DNA from: Tubiluchus corallicola
Taxonomy: Eukaryota; Animalia; Priapulida
Direction of reading: 5' to 3'
DNA length: 64,000 nt
Assembly (NCBI GenBank): GCA_030141605.1
Contig: JAQGDQ010000044.1
Location: 864,635 to 928,634, forward strand
Every line of letters starts with the position of its first letter. Position 1 is the stretch's first letter. The position numbers were made by a program, and so were the translations under genes. The notes under the pieces are model-generated. The model saw only the letters and a list, made by a program, of their open reading frames with translations. It made no database searches and was not told the DNA's origin. Positions 28,972 through 42,300 of this stretch are shown here, piece by piece.

Positions 28972-29326
28972 TGTTGTGGAGATCGCTGACGTCAAGTAGA
29001 ATTGCACAGAACGTCGTAGAATGTTCTGTCGGGATGACCGCTTTAGCGTCTGGATTGTTCTCGAACATTTGTTCCAGAAGTTTCTGCAGTGCGCTATATA
29101 AGGCGAAGCAGGCTGCCGACAGGGGATCGCACGCAGATCTAACACGGACTTATACTTACGCATTTATACTTACTTAAACGTTTTCCAGATTTTCACGTTT
29201 ATTGTAATCATTTCAACGTTCCTTCATCTTTTGTATAGTAGAATTCTCGCTAAATAAAGCAGTTTTATTTGACGGCGTGTTTTCTGGTTTTCTCTACGAG
29301 CCTTTCGAGAGAAACTAAACACAACA
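28972..29326 (+). mobile_element. Solo LTR (355 bp) with 5-bp TSD CTAAC
   Basis: CTAAC|TGTTGTG ... CACAACA|CTAAC; internal TATATAA (29095) and AATAAA (29253); the paralogous sites at 45120 and 59507 are empty with a single CTAAC. Confidence 0.9.
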
Positions 29327-29421
29327 CTAACTTGTATATTAAGTAATACGATACAGACAACATACTAGATTAAAAATTTCTAGCTTCATATTTGCATTTT
29401 GTTTCTACTCAACAGACCAAG

Positions 29422-32400
29422 ATGACAAGTTTAAATAAGGGATGCACGTTGCCTTTATATGTGGTGGATGCTTTCACAAGCCAGGCATTTGCTGGAAATG
29501 CTACTGTTGTATGTCTAGTGTCACACAATCAGGTAAATTAATGATCTGTCATTAACAAACTTTTCGTCTTAATCTGTTGTCAGCTATTTTTATTGCACTG
29601 TTCTTCACTGCAAATAACTTGTGATCCTATAGCACAAAATCAAAGTCAATGTATGTGGCTTAATCGCACTCTTATTTATGTAAAGATACGAGTTTTTAAC
29701 TACTAACTGATAATGTTTCTTGTTATTTATTTATGCGATTAACTCAATTAATCTACTGTGTTACAATAAATAAATCATTATATTATAATATTTAAATCAC
29801 AGGCTTGCATAATAAAAATCACTGGTTTCCTTTTAGAAATATTGAAACAAATTTAACAAGTTAGATGAAAATAAAAGTGTCCATTTGGTCACAGCTGAAA
29901 TCAATTTGTAATCAATTAAACTTATAACATCAGTCATAATAATGTCAGGATAATGGTGACTGTGCCTTTCAGTTATGTTTGTATTTGGATCTATTATAAC
30001 AGTAGGTGTTTTTCATAAAGCGTTAGTATAATTTTAAGTGAGAATTACAATGAGTATCAATGCAGAAAATGCATTTTGTTGTTGTTGTTGTTTCCGTCTC
30101 TACTGAGGCTTTGTAGTTTCTTTTTGCAATTAGAATAGATATTCTGTGTATTATTTGAACTGTACAAAACAGCAGATATGTTATATGTTCAAAATGTATC
30201 CCAAACTGCCCAAAAGCTGTGTTGTTTTTATTAGTTGAATTGTGGTGTAATCTGCATTTCTTGGGTTATATTATTAAATGGCTGTAGACATTGTGATGTA
30301 TATAGTCCTTCGGTTATTCTATTTTAGGTAATCGACGATGCAAAAATGCAAAAAATTGCTTTCGAAATGAACTTGCCGATAACCGGTTTCATTGCACTGC
30401 CAACAGAAAACGATTCGTTCAAGAATTCTTCCCGTTTTGGTCTACGATGGTTTACCCCTGCCTGCGAATTCCAACTGTGCGGTCATTCCACTCTTGCTGC
30501 TGCCACGGTGCTTTTCTCTTGTGTTGGTAAATTTGCTAAGCAGGACAGAAATGTAAATCTAGAAGCTGAAGCTGAGTCAGTTGCTACTAAATCAGCTGAG
30601 TCACACAGTAAATCAGCTAGCTCGGCTGAAACTGAGTCAGTTGCTACTAAATCAGCTGACACTCACAGTAAATCAGCTAACTCGGCTGAAACTGAGTCAG
30701 TTGCTACTAAATCATCTGACACTCACATAGTAAATCAGCTAGCTCGGCTGAAGTAATTTTAATGTTGTAATTGTAATTTTAAACAAACAAGCATACAAAA
30801 ACATACGTAAACTTGATAAAATCCTAAACAAAAAAATCTTTGCTTACGAATAGCCTAAATTGCTGCAGTTCAAGAATATGCCGGTACATGGTTTTTAAGA
30901 ACGTGACAACTGACAACTGTGTGAGTGACAGTACTTTCTCTACCTTACTGCAGATGCTAGCAGTGCAGCACCATCATGTGCTCTGGTTCCGTACAAGTAT
31001 AAAGAAAGAACTAAAGAAAAAAGACTTATTGTATTGAATATTATCGATAATATTGAGTGAAAATAGGGGGCGCTGCAGTTCTGATACTTATACACAACCG
31101 CCACTGTGCTGCATAAACACTAGGCCAAGTTGACCAAAACCTAAATTTTCCTAAGTGAACTTGGTTCAGGAATTGACACTTATGATTACTCCTTCAGTGG
31201 CTTACTTACTGGAGTTCACCATTACGAATGACAGATTGTGATTCTTATGTCCTGCAGCAACAATTTAGTGTTAGTTTGAATAGTTCTATTTGTGAACTGG
31301 TTTAAGTGATTCGACAGCACGCCCCTTTATATGCCATATATCTCTCATAATTTATGTACTCGCGATGTTAAAAAAATCTCCTGGCTTATAATCTGGCAAC
31401 TCTAGCAATGGATTTATTGAAAATATAATTTAAATCCAACCCTTGGCAAGGCTTATCTGGATTACCAACAAATCAATACTAAACACCAAAATGATCCCAT
31501 ACCTGTGGCTAATGTTGCCTATTTGTGCATTTTATTTAATTTTGAATTGACTGCTTTCTCATTCAAAAATTTCTGAAGTTTAGTATCTCTGCCAGCACAC
31601 GTACAATATGACCGCATTGCAACCAGTGATTTCATCATCATCATAAGCCTGTTACATTATTTCTAGACATTGGGCAGGCAAAATTCTAAAATAATAGAAA
31701 TCTGTCCTCAAAACAGGTAAACACAGCAGTAATCTAACAAAAACTGGACACTGCTATGCCAGTGACTTTTTCGCAAGAGCAAAAATCATCACAGCCGGCA
31801 AAAATGTCAGCTACCTCGACTTCCGTCACCGAGCGGCTGGCACGACTAAAGCTGGGTTTCTTATCGGCTAGGTCGACTGTAGAAATAAACCGGCTGGAGC
31901 TGAGCTGAAGCGGTACGGCTCTGGCTTCTATGGCGATCCCATAAGTATTTTTCACGTTGTCTTGAAAATCAGGGAGTTTTTATTTGCCAACCTAATACCA
32001 AACGAATTCACTGTGAATTTATTTGTGTGCTAATGTGTTTACTTCAAATAAGCTTCCATGCAGTTTTGCTTTTTTTTCTTCTATTGCTTGGAGATTGTGT
32101 GCCTTTTTTTGCATTTTAGGACTTAAAGCATTCCGCTGTTTTCAGTTCTCATCATATTTGGCATTTTCTTAGGAGACTGTCAGCTTTCCCTTCTTTTTAT
32201 CTGCACTTTAAAAAATTGGAAAAGAAAAATAGTGCCTGTTAACCATATTCTAAACCATATTCTATTCAAATAATGAAATTACAATTAGGCATTGCAATAT
32301 TTGATTGTATTGCTAATCCACTAATGCTACGATTAGGCTCTAAATATTTGTGAAATTGATAATCATTATGATAGGCAGGTCTGAAATTAAAAGGCAGCTA

Positions 32401-35400
32401 GTGAATATATCTACAGCTATGTAAATTATTACAGGTAACGAATTTACAGAGATTACATTTGATACGCTGAGTGGACCACTTGTTGCCAGAAAAAAAGAGG
32501 ACAATATGATTCTGCTTGATTTTCCTGCTAATCCAACTATTAGTGTTAACAAGGAAAATGTGAAAGAGCTTTTAAAGGTACCTACTCTTTTGAATGAGCT
32601 GTAAAACAAGTTTGCTTGGGTTTTTGTTGTAAGTAATTTTATCATTGAAGCTTTTAGCAGGTAGGTGGTTGACAGTTTGGAAGACATTCTGACACCTTGG
32701 TATATTTATGTATTTTAGGAAATTTCCAGGCTTACTCGTTTTAACTGTGTGTGCTGGCCATGTTTTTCAAATGTATCATATGGGCTGTTTTTTTGGTCAA
32801 TAGCTAAATTGCAGCTTTGCACAGACTTTTTTGAAGGCATATTACTTAGTATTATCTTACTTGTATTACTTAGTATTACGCTTTCTTGCCTGCAATACTC
32901 ATGTAAATAGAAAAGACACATTTTCTAGCTTTATGTAAGTAAAGGGCTTTCTTGCCTGCAATACTCATGTAAATAGAAAAGACACATTTTCTAGCTTTAT
33001 GTAAGTAAAGGGCTTTCTTGCCTGCAATACTCATGTAAATAGAAAAGACACATTTTCTAGCTTTATGTAAGTAAAGGGCTTTCTTGCCTGCAATACTCTT
33101 GTAAATAGAAAAGACACATTTTCTAGCTTTATGTAAGTAAAGGGCTTTCTTGCCTGCAATACTCATGTAAATAGAAAAGACACATTTTCTAGCTTTATGT
33201 AAGTAAAGGGCTTTCTTGCCTTTTATGACAATTTTTTGGTGTTTTAATTAACCCTATTCAGTTTTTGAATTTACCTGAAGAGGGGGACAGCATGAGAGGA
33301 GCATGGAAATTATTCAAAGGTGGGACGGGGTGGGGTGGTTACAGTAATGGTGGCAGTGAAGCGCTTGCTGTTACTTTATTGTTTCTTTTTACTGGCTGTT
33401 ACACACCCGTGCATGCATGCACACGCACGCACACACCCACACACACACACTGTTACATAATATAGTAAAGTATATCATATCACTCTTTTCGGTGATTCTA
33501 GATTGCATAGCACTCCTACAATAGGACTAGTTGAAGTTTAGCAAACAACTATCACAATTACTAACCTGACATTCTGTGCATTAAATTTAGAAATCCACAG
33601 ATTAAAGATACGAGACAATGCCGCTATGATAAAACTAAGGGTGCATTCAGACTAGCGAGTTTTCTGTTGGGAGTTTTTCTCTAACACCAAACTTGCAAGT
33701 GTGAACTGCTTTGCGAGTTACTATCGACAAGTCATTGCACACTTTCAGACAGTTGCTACGAAATGATTTCCTGTTTAGTGTGAACAGTCTCAGCGAGTTA
33801 CTCTTGACACTGCTCCCAGTGAATAGAGGAGGAGTATCAGCTGGTGTTTACTTCATGCTGGAGAATTTTGTTCTTTAGTCTGAACGTGCTTGCGAGTTAC
33901 TTGGCGAGAAAATTTGCTAGTATGAATGCTTCATTACTCTCAAAAGCAGTGCGACAAAATATCAACATTCTTGCAACAGTCAAGTCATCTAAATTCTTCT
34001 TTGTAAAAAGTATTTTGGTCCAAACTTTAATACACTGTAGAATCTTACGTGAATGTTTTTTATAATACAGGTACTTGTTGGAGATTTACCTATTGTTGAT
34101 GTGGAGTATGCTCCTGTTATACAACAAATGATTGTGTGTCTTCAAGATTCTGTGTCCAGGTGTGCATGTTGATAATTTTTTATTTGGTTTGTCGTGTGTC
34201 ATTCGTTTTGCACTTTTCATTTGCTTTCATGTTATTATACATACTATAAAATTGCTGCAAATTGCACAAATCTGCAATTAATCTCTATTTCTATGAAGTG
34301 TGTTTGTGTATGTTTGTTTATTTGTTTGCTATAAAGTCCTGTTTTATTTATTTAACTTAAAATTTGGTCTATTAAGTTGCTAATACATCACACTCCCCAT
34401 TGAATTATGGGATATGTACAGTTATGTGCAGAAATCAATTAACAAAAGCTGAAGTCAGTCTACTTTTTAACTTTTGGCAGGAGTTCTACTTACATGAAAA
34501 AGAATTTAAAATACACTATGTTTCAGTCCATTGTTGGGTTCATTCTCTCATTGTCTCATTTTTCATTCATTAGTCATTGATGTTATTATTGTTGTAAGTA
34601 TAAGGCTTCATGTGTGTGTGTGTGTTTTACCTTCAGGCAAGGACTACTATACAACAGGACGTGCACAGTCAGATCTCTGATTCCGCCAGCGGAGGCGATC
34701 AATACTTGTAATGAACGTAATCTAGAAATAGTGCGCTTTAGAGAGTAGTGATCTTGGAAATTAAAGAATGGACGGATCGGTAGATAGCGAGTATTATTTT
34801 TCATTTAATTGGTTCTTTACATTACGGGAGAAAAGTTCCAATTGTTTATTTTATGTATCAAAGGAAATTAGTGTTCATTTTTACTTCTTAAATAGCGCAC
34901 TACTTTAGGCGTAAGTGTGTTTTACCGGAAGTAGTGCTTTGTCATTGTTAATGTGTCATTGTTCAAAGTCAAGTGAAGCGTTGTTTTCGTGCTTGTGTTT
35001 GTTTCTTTTGGGATTATTTTCAAAATTTCTCGTGGATTTTATACATCTGTGCTCAGCAGCATGCCTAACAAGGTAACTATGACACGGAGAACAAGTGTCG
35101 TGTGTTCAGACTGCCAAGAGATCATGTAGAAAAACAGAAATGGCTAAGTGTTCTTCCCCCACGCGAAGGCTTTGTTGTTGATCCATCGAAATTTTTCATT
35201 TGCGAAAAGCATTGGCCATCGGATACTCAAATAGTCAAAATTCCAGGTGGTCACACCAGCCAGTGGATCCACCCAGTATTTTCAACGTTCCAACATCATG
35301 CTTGCCCACTCCAAAGCCACCACCTCGCCCTCCAAAAACTGAGGACCAGCAGCTGAATTATTTCTTTAAAAAGGATAAAATAACTTATCTCAATGAATTC

Positions 35401-38400
35401 ACTCCTGAGAAAGACCTGCATAAGACGTATCAGAACCTCATTATATCTCGCGCACAAGACAAATTTGTGTGCATGTTCATGGAAGAGGACCACAGTCAAT
35501 GTTATATGTCAATTATTGTTCACAATAAGCCTACCTTGTGTTCCCCTCTTACTCTGTATGCTTTCAAAAACGGGATCAGTGTGCCATTAATTAAAATCCT
35601 CAGTCCGAACAATGGACTGTCCTCTTACTCACAATTTTTCGCGGTTGTGAATTCTGTTGTCAACCACATTCATCATGTTGATGATATTGTCAACAAAGTG
35701 ACAAAGTCTCTTGAACTTGAACTAGCTCAAAATCGAGAACAATCTCCTAGTGTTAATGCTAAAGCCAAGAAGCTCAAATTTCTAACACGACAGCTTCGAC
35801 TATTATGTGATAAGACTTTCACAGTGTCTGATTATTGCTTTGCAATAGAGTCATTTCCCCATTGCAATTACGAACAACTGCGTGACTTTTTAGTGTTACC
35901 CAGCAAAAGAAAGCTGCAGTCAGTTATTTCATCGACAGATATTGACAAGGTGCTAGGTAAAACATTTCAGAAAGTAAAAAGCTCTGAGCAGAAACACTGT
36001 ATGCTATTGGTGGATGAAGTGAAAATATGCCCAACAGTGGCTTAAGGTCCCATGTTGCTTAATTTTGCAGCTAAGGACACTGTGAGCAACAAGCTAATCC
36101 TGTCATTCGTGATAAAACAATAAAGAGACATTTATTTTCAGGGAGATCTTGGAAGCAAGGGCACCGGATATTTTTGCTCTTCCTGCAGCTAACACATCCC
36201 TGATGAAACTGTACGGTGTCCACTTGACGGTTAAAGCTCCAGCCAACTCCGGCTATGACTTTTATTCCCGCAGTTTTTTTCCCTGGATTGGAACGTCTGA
36301 AGATCCAGTTTGTGGTAAACAATTTGCATTGTTTATGTAAGAATGAATGAATATACTATTGATATATATGAATTAATTATAATTATCTTTGCTTTAAAGT
36401 AAAGCTAAACAAAAGAAATTATGTTTATTATTCTTGATGTGCACCATTTTGCTGCGTCTGTGTTTGCCAGTAAGTGGCGTACTCTACTGGCGTTGTTTTG
36501 TAACTTTTCTTTCTCTTTTGAAATGCAGCACAACTAGGGTTGTGGTTTATACAGTAAAATAATTAATATTGGAACATACGATAATTTGAGGCTTCATGCC
36601 ATACAAAAGAGGTAGCTATACGAAGATTGTTAATTAGTTAGTTAGCTATATAAGCTAGTCAGTTAGTCAATCAGTTAGTTTTGGCAAGTTTTCAGTATGG
36701 CATGTTGGGTTGGACAGCTGGGTGTTCTTGGCACTCTTGGCGGCTTTACATTCTTGGAGGCTTGGCGATGGGGTGGAAGACAGAGGCAAGATTTGGAGTG
36801 GAAAACAGGTAGAGTGTCGGCAGTGGGACTGATGTAGGAAGATAGTAGGGTGTGAAGAGAACCACCTAAACTGCAAGAGTGCCCAAATCAATACCAAAAC
36901 ACTAAAATGATCCCATGCGTGTGTCTAACATTGCCTATTTTTGTGTTTAATTTTGAATTGACTGCTTTCTCATTAAAAAATTTTTCAAAGATAGTATCTC
37001 TGCCAGCACACGCACACAGTATGACCACGAATCCGTAGTGCATTCGCCAAATTTCACCCAGTGATTTCGTCATCATCACAAGCCTGTTATGTCAATTGTA
37101 GACATTGGGTAGGCAGAACTCTAAAATAAAAGAAATCTGCCCTCAAGACAGGTAAACACAGCAGTAACCTAGCAAAAAACTAGACACTGCTTTGGCAGTG
37201 GCTTGTTCGCAAGAGCTAAAATCTTCGCAGCCGGCAAAAATGTCGGCTGGCTCCACTCATCTCTGAGTGGCTGGTGCGACTAAAGCTGGGTTTCTTATCG
37301 GCTAGGTCGACTGTAGAAGTGAATTGCCTGGAGTTCAGCTGAAACGACATGGCTCATGCCTCTAGTTTTAAGATGAAGATTAGTTTTAGTTTTGTTCTGT
37401 GTTAGTCTTGCATTTTCTGTCTTAAGTCTGACTGAAAATCACTATGTCACTGAAGGAGTTGCCAGTTTTATGGTTTTTCTGTTGAGGTGGTTTCTAACTT
37501 TGCAGTTTTTATGAGAATAATGAAATTTTGGCCACAAAATATTCTATCCAGTACAGAAGGACTTATGTGGTAATAGTTCCAGTGAATAAAGTATACATTG
37601 TAGGCCTGATTTTCAAAAACATGAAATGTTTTTTTTTCAAAAACATGAAAAGCCTATCTTAATTCATTATATTTGCATGTTTAAAGTTTGCAATGTTTGA
37701 TGCCAGTAATCTCCAACTAATTTCTGACTATGTTAGGGTCGGCTCACACTATATTTGGTTGTTACTGGCAAAAAGTGCTGGGAAAATCAACTTTTCAAGG
37801 TAGGATAATTTGCTGTTTTATGACGTTTGTTATAATTTAACTTATGATGCTTATTCGTTTATGATCTGATTTTGTATGTTTTTCAGTATGTCAGTAGATC
37901 TCAATTTAAATTCTGTGCAAGATTATTACCATGCTGACAAAGAGCGACATAGGTTTGATTTACTTAATGTCGTACAGCACACTGTAATTTAATGTGTGTA
38001 AAGTCCTCGAAAGGTTAAAAAATGAAAATTTCCAGCCATTGTAAATAACTGCGTCTTAGTTTACATAATTTTTCACAAAAAATTACAGAATGCTATAAAA
38101 TATAATTGTTATTTTGAACAATATATATTTTTAGTGGCCAGTCACAAAGTATAATTACTGCCCTGCAATACCATATCACATAGACTTGTGCAGCATATGT
38201 TACCGGAACAGTATCTTGCTTAACCCTTTTACCGCCTCCATGATGTACTATTATGTCTATTTTTTGTATTGGCTTATGCCTATTTGATGTACATATTTAT
38301 CATTAGTATCTAGCGCTCCATTTAAACTCTGGCGAAGTGTATTATCGCTTAGTTTAGTACGTTTAGACAGCTAGCAGGGCCCAGCACAGCTCCAGGAATA

Positions 38401-39391
38401 TGTGTAAACTGAGTTTGACCTTATTTCCTTGGCTACATAGCACATCTGCTACGTACATATATGTCTTCGACTGTGAATTCTGCATCATTTGAAATTTGCT
38501 GTTTTTGCACATTTTTATTATTATTAATAATAATCTTTTGTTCGTATAAAATTTTTTATACAGCAATGTAGTTTTAGTATAAATAATTAATACAATGAAA
38601 AATAATTTTTGTTAGTAATTAAAAAACAAGAGATTTAGAGATTTTAAGACAATTTTCAGCAAAAAGCTTAAAGATTTGATAGTTTTGGAGGTTTTAATGC
38701 ATATGCACACTCTCCCACTTATTTTAGAGATGATGGACCTATATATATATATATATATATATATATGTTCTAAACATTCTTGATAGATATATAAAAATGA
38801 TCTGTAAAGGGATTATTATTCTTGTACACAATTCTACGTGATTTTAAGGCTTTTGGTTTTTGCATGTATTTTACTTTTGATAAATGTATACCAAAACAAA
38901 TATATTTTTAATTGTGACTTGCACAAGTTGATTTTCGGGCTGAATTTAGGGGCTGAAGCTGTTTTACTTGCATGACACTATAATTTTGCTTTGGAGGTTC
39001 ATTTATTGATCTAAATTCAGTTTCATGTGCAGTTTCATATCACCATATTGCCTCATTTGCAAATAAATATAAAACTTAAACAAGTAAGTAAATATATAGG
39101 CCTAACAAATTTTCGTGAATGAATGTAATGATTGATTGATTGAATGAATGAATGAATAGGTGGGTGCATGATTGATTTTTATTTGGCTTGTTGAAATCAT
39201 ATCTTTTTTTCTTATGAACAATATCAAAATAAAGTTGCAAAGTTGTTATTTTGTCATGTGCTTTGTGCGTTTTTGTAGCTCGTCAGTGCTCAAAAAGAGG
39301 AGGAGATGTCTACGTGAATGTACGAGAAGACAAGAGAGTCGAGATTGGAGGCAAGTCTGTAGTCGTTATAGAAGGAAAGATCTATTTATAG
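29422..39391 (+). CDS. PBLD: PhzF/PBLD-family protein, copy 1 (296 aa). Exons 29422-29532, 30328-30526, 32435-32577, 34071-34159, 36142-36314, 37737-37799, 39279-39391
   Basis: Spliced ORF intact: VDAFT..GN, EMNLPIT, LRWFTP..LCGHST, FDTLSG, LDFP, DFYSRSFFPW..EDPVCGSAH, QCSKRGG..IEGKIYL*; all AG/GT junctions in phase. Confidence 0.92.
30565..30752. repeat. 60-bp tandem repeat x3 in intron 2 of copy 1
   Basis: CTGAGTCAGTTGCTACTAAATCAGCTGA... repeats with period 60; a single unit in copies 2 and 3. Confidence 0.9.
32880..33220. repeat. 66-bp tandem repeat x5 in intron 3 of copy 1
   Basis: GCTTTCTTGCCTGCAATACTC...GTAAAGG at 32880, 32946, 33012, 33078, 33144; a single unit in copies 2 and 3. Confidence 0.95.
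33639..33933. mobile_element. PIF/Harbinger-like MITE (also at ~48610-48904 and ~62999-63293)
   Basis: TAA|GGGTGCATTCAGACTAGCGAGTTTTCT ... AGAAAATTTGCTAGTATGAATGCTTCA|TTA; internal GCGAGTTAC repeats. Confidence 0.65.
34638..36045 (+). mobile_element. 3'-truncated P-element/THAP9-like transposon (THAP domain plus transposase N-terminus, frameshifted)
   Basis: VFRLP...QKW...FICEKHW THAP signature (35102-35220); LVLPSKRKLQ and MLLVDEVKI transposase motifs; absent from copy 2, whose sequence diverges right after TTACCTTCAGG. Confidence 0.82.
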
Positions 39392-42300
39392 TCTAAATCA
39401 TGGAATCGTACTTTATCTGATTGCTTTATCACAGTGTTGCCATTCTGGTTGATAAAGATTATTGTTTTGGAAGCTAAAAATTATAGTATTTTCCACCATA
39501 TTATCGCATCTTCATGCAAAATTCAAAATTTCTGTGTATTTGCAGCAAATTGTTATTATTATTGTATAATTATGCATTTAATAAGTAACCATAACACCAA
39601 AAAGTACTGTAGAAAACTGGCTATTTGTTTTACAGATTTTATTTTCCACTCATTGTAAAAAAGGTGAAACTGCAAGAGAAACAAGAAAAAAGAACATGAA
39701 ACAAAAGTAAATCCATAACAGACATGCAAAAAATAAATAAAGGAACAAGCATTAGCAAATTAACAAGCATACTGAAGCAGAATTTACTAATAAATAAACT
39801 TCCTGACATATCACAAATCAGCATGCACGCCTACACAAAAACACGCATATGCATATGCAGTTGCAAAAAAAAAACAATAATTAGGCATCACCGTAACACT
39901 ATTAGAAACTACCAAGCTGACAAATAAATTACTGCAAAGTTCTGCATAAAAATGAAGAAACATAAGAACTTACAAACGTTTGAGGATCTGTAGAAAAAAC
40001 TTTAAGCCAGTCTTCAGAAATTAACAGAGACATACTGATTCTACAACGGTGGCATACTGACTTCACAACTACTATACCACTAAAAACACAATTTTTTCCT
40101 ATTCTAAGGCTATCTAACCACTCATACAAGAGCGGCCAAGCATGTCAAACAAACTCTACAGGTAATGCAAAATGAATAATGACACTCTAGAATCAAAACA
40201 CCTGGCTTCACTGTACCCAAGCTGGCCTGAGAGATAACAAGTACCATTAGCAAGTGTAAAATTAAGTTTATCAAAACACAGTAGAATGTCGCTACCAGTC
40301 TCTTTTGAAATTACTGCTTTTTTCTGAAAACTTTGACCACTAATTGCGACCAGCATGGTTTGGATTACAACGAAGTCAAAATTTGTTTACTTTCCCCTGG
40401 TAAGCAGTAATGTTTTTTGTCTAAATTATCGTATAATTATCTGTTATCGTACAGTCTGTTTTTTTTGTATGGTATGAAGCATCAAATTATCGTATATTCG
40501 AATAATTATCATATAAAAAGCAACCCTGTTTATCATTTTCATGTCAGGTAAGTGCTAGAAAATAGAACGAAGGTAGAACTGTAGCAGTGCGTAGTTAATA
40601 TAAAAAAGAGTTCCTTTAAGGGAAAATAGAATGGTGTATAATGTTCTCTTATGATCAGTGATTATTTTATCATTGTTGTGTTTTTAATTAGAAATGCTCC
40701 TTTTAAGGGAAAATTAAAATAAGCTTTTAGCATGTAGTGAACTGAGTGGAATTCTGAAATAGTGTTGTTCCCTATAATAATTTTACAATTTTAGTCAAAG
40801 GATTATGTGCAGTTTTAATAGAAATATTATTTTATGTTCTATGCACTAAGTGGGATGGACGTTTTTGTTGTTGTTGATGTATACTATCTTTTCTCTATAT
40901 ACCAGCTAGACTACACCACTATTGTTATGCATTTGGGAAGTTTTACTTATGGACCAAAGTTGACCTTACCTTTTTTGCCCATTTCTGAAGTTAATTATTG
41001 TAGGTTTTATATTTTAGAATTTAAATGTGCCACATTGTTGCTTTATTAGGGTAGAGGATTGAGTGATATTTTATCAATTGTGCCAAATAAATTAACTTGT
41101 TCTCGGTTAAAGCGGCTTAGGACTATAATAATGGCGGTTATATGCGCCATGCAATTTCTATATTTGAATGAAAATACAGCATTATTGTGTAAATTGTGCC
41201 AAATAAGTTAATATGTTTCTGCTTAAAGTGGATTATCAAGTTACTGCTGTGTTATTTGATTACAGTAATTTTTGTGGCTTTATAAATCGACCAAGTCCAC
41301 ATTAAGATGAAATTATATTTTTTGTAAACAGGATGAAACAGGATAGGAAATAAGTTAACAGGTTTCTGCTTAAAGCAGATTACGAAGTTACAGATGCGCT
41401 AAGCTATACTTTTTGATTACAGTTATATTTATAGCTGTATAAATCGTGGATTGAATAATTAAAATGAAATTATTTTTGTTTGTTTAATGAGATTATTCTT
41501 GTTTATTTAAACTTTAACTATGTTTCTGTGTTACAATAAATGAACTCAAAGCAGAAAATGCAGTTCCTTATATGTTTAAATTCCTGGCAAGAATAAGGGG
41601 GCATTTTATAGTACAATTCTAATGTTGTATATGTTAGATATCATGAAGCAATATAAATTTATCAGAATAGCTCATTGCCACACTTAAGATTTCTGGAAGT
41701 CAGTGATCAAAAGTTATATTACTGCATATTTTATTTAATAAAAACTTTAATTTGGAAACAATATGCAGCCAATAATATGTTAGAATCTTGCTTGTTTCTT
41801 TTGTCACATCAAACTCGCATGTACACAATCTCTAAGAACACTTAAATTGTTGCATGAGGTCTGTCTCAACAGTAAGAACAGCTACGTGTGAGAGTTTTCT
41901 ATACAATAGCTTACAATAACTGTACGATAAAATGATTTACTATTACCAGTTGACAGAGTACCAAAATGTGTAGAAATGAAGAAGTGAACTCATAAGATAT
42001 CATACTAAGTGCAGGTGATGCTACTCATTGTATAATAAATAAAAATTGGAAAAAGTCAAAAAGTTGATAAATCTTGTTGCTGTCTCAGTTGATGTGACTT
42101 ATCAAATGCACTTTCACTGTTTCCTTCATGCACTTTACTTAATCACAGCCTCTTTTTGTTGTTAGCTGATGTTATTTTGCGTAATTTGTTGTGATTTTTG
42201 TTATAAAGTTATGCAATTTGTTTTGTTTTTTTACAGAAGAAGTGGTAGTTTGTTAACATTCTACTTTATTTAATCTCATTTTAGGTGTCAGTTTATGTGC

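Noticed and set aside
30527-30756. Repetitive C-terminal extension (AETESVATKS) of the PBLD exon 2 ORF
   Set aside because: Read-through past the donor at 30526 into a 60-bp intronic repeat.
32340-32687. 115-aa minus-strand ORF conserved in all three units (also 47564, 61951)
   Set aside because: Antisense shadow of PBLD exon 3; conservation is explained by the duplication.
32880-33220. CRISPR-like array or repeat-protein ORF 32876..33166
   Set aside because: Head-to-tail identical units with no unique spacers, intronic, eukaryotic, no cas genes.
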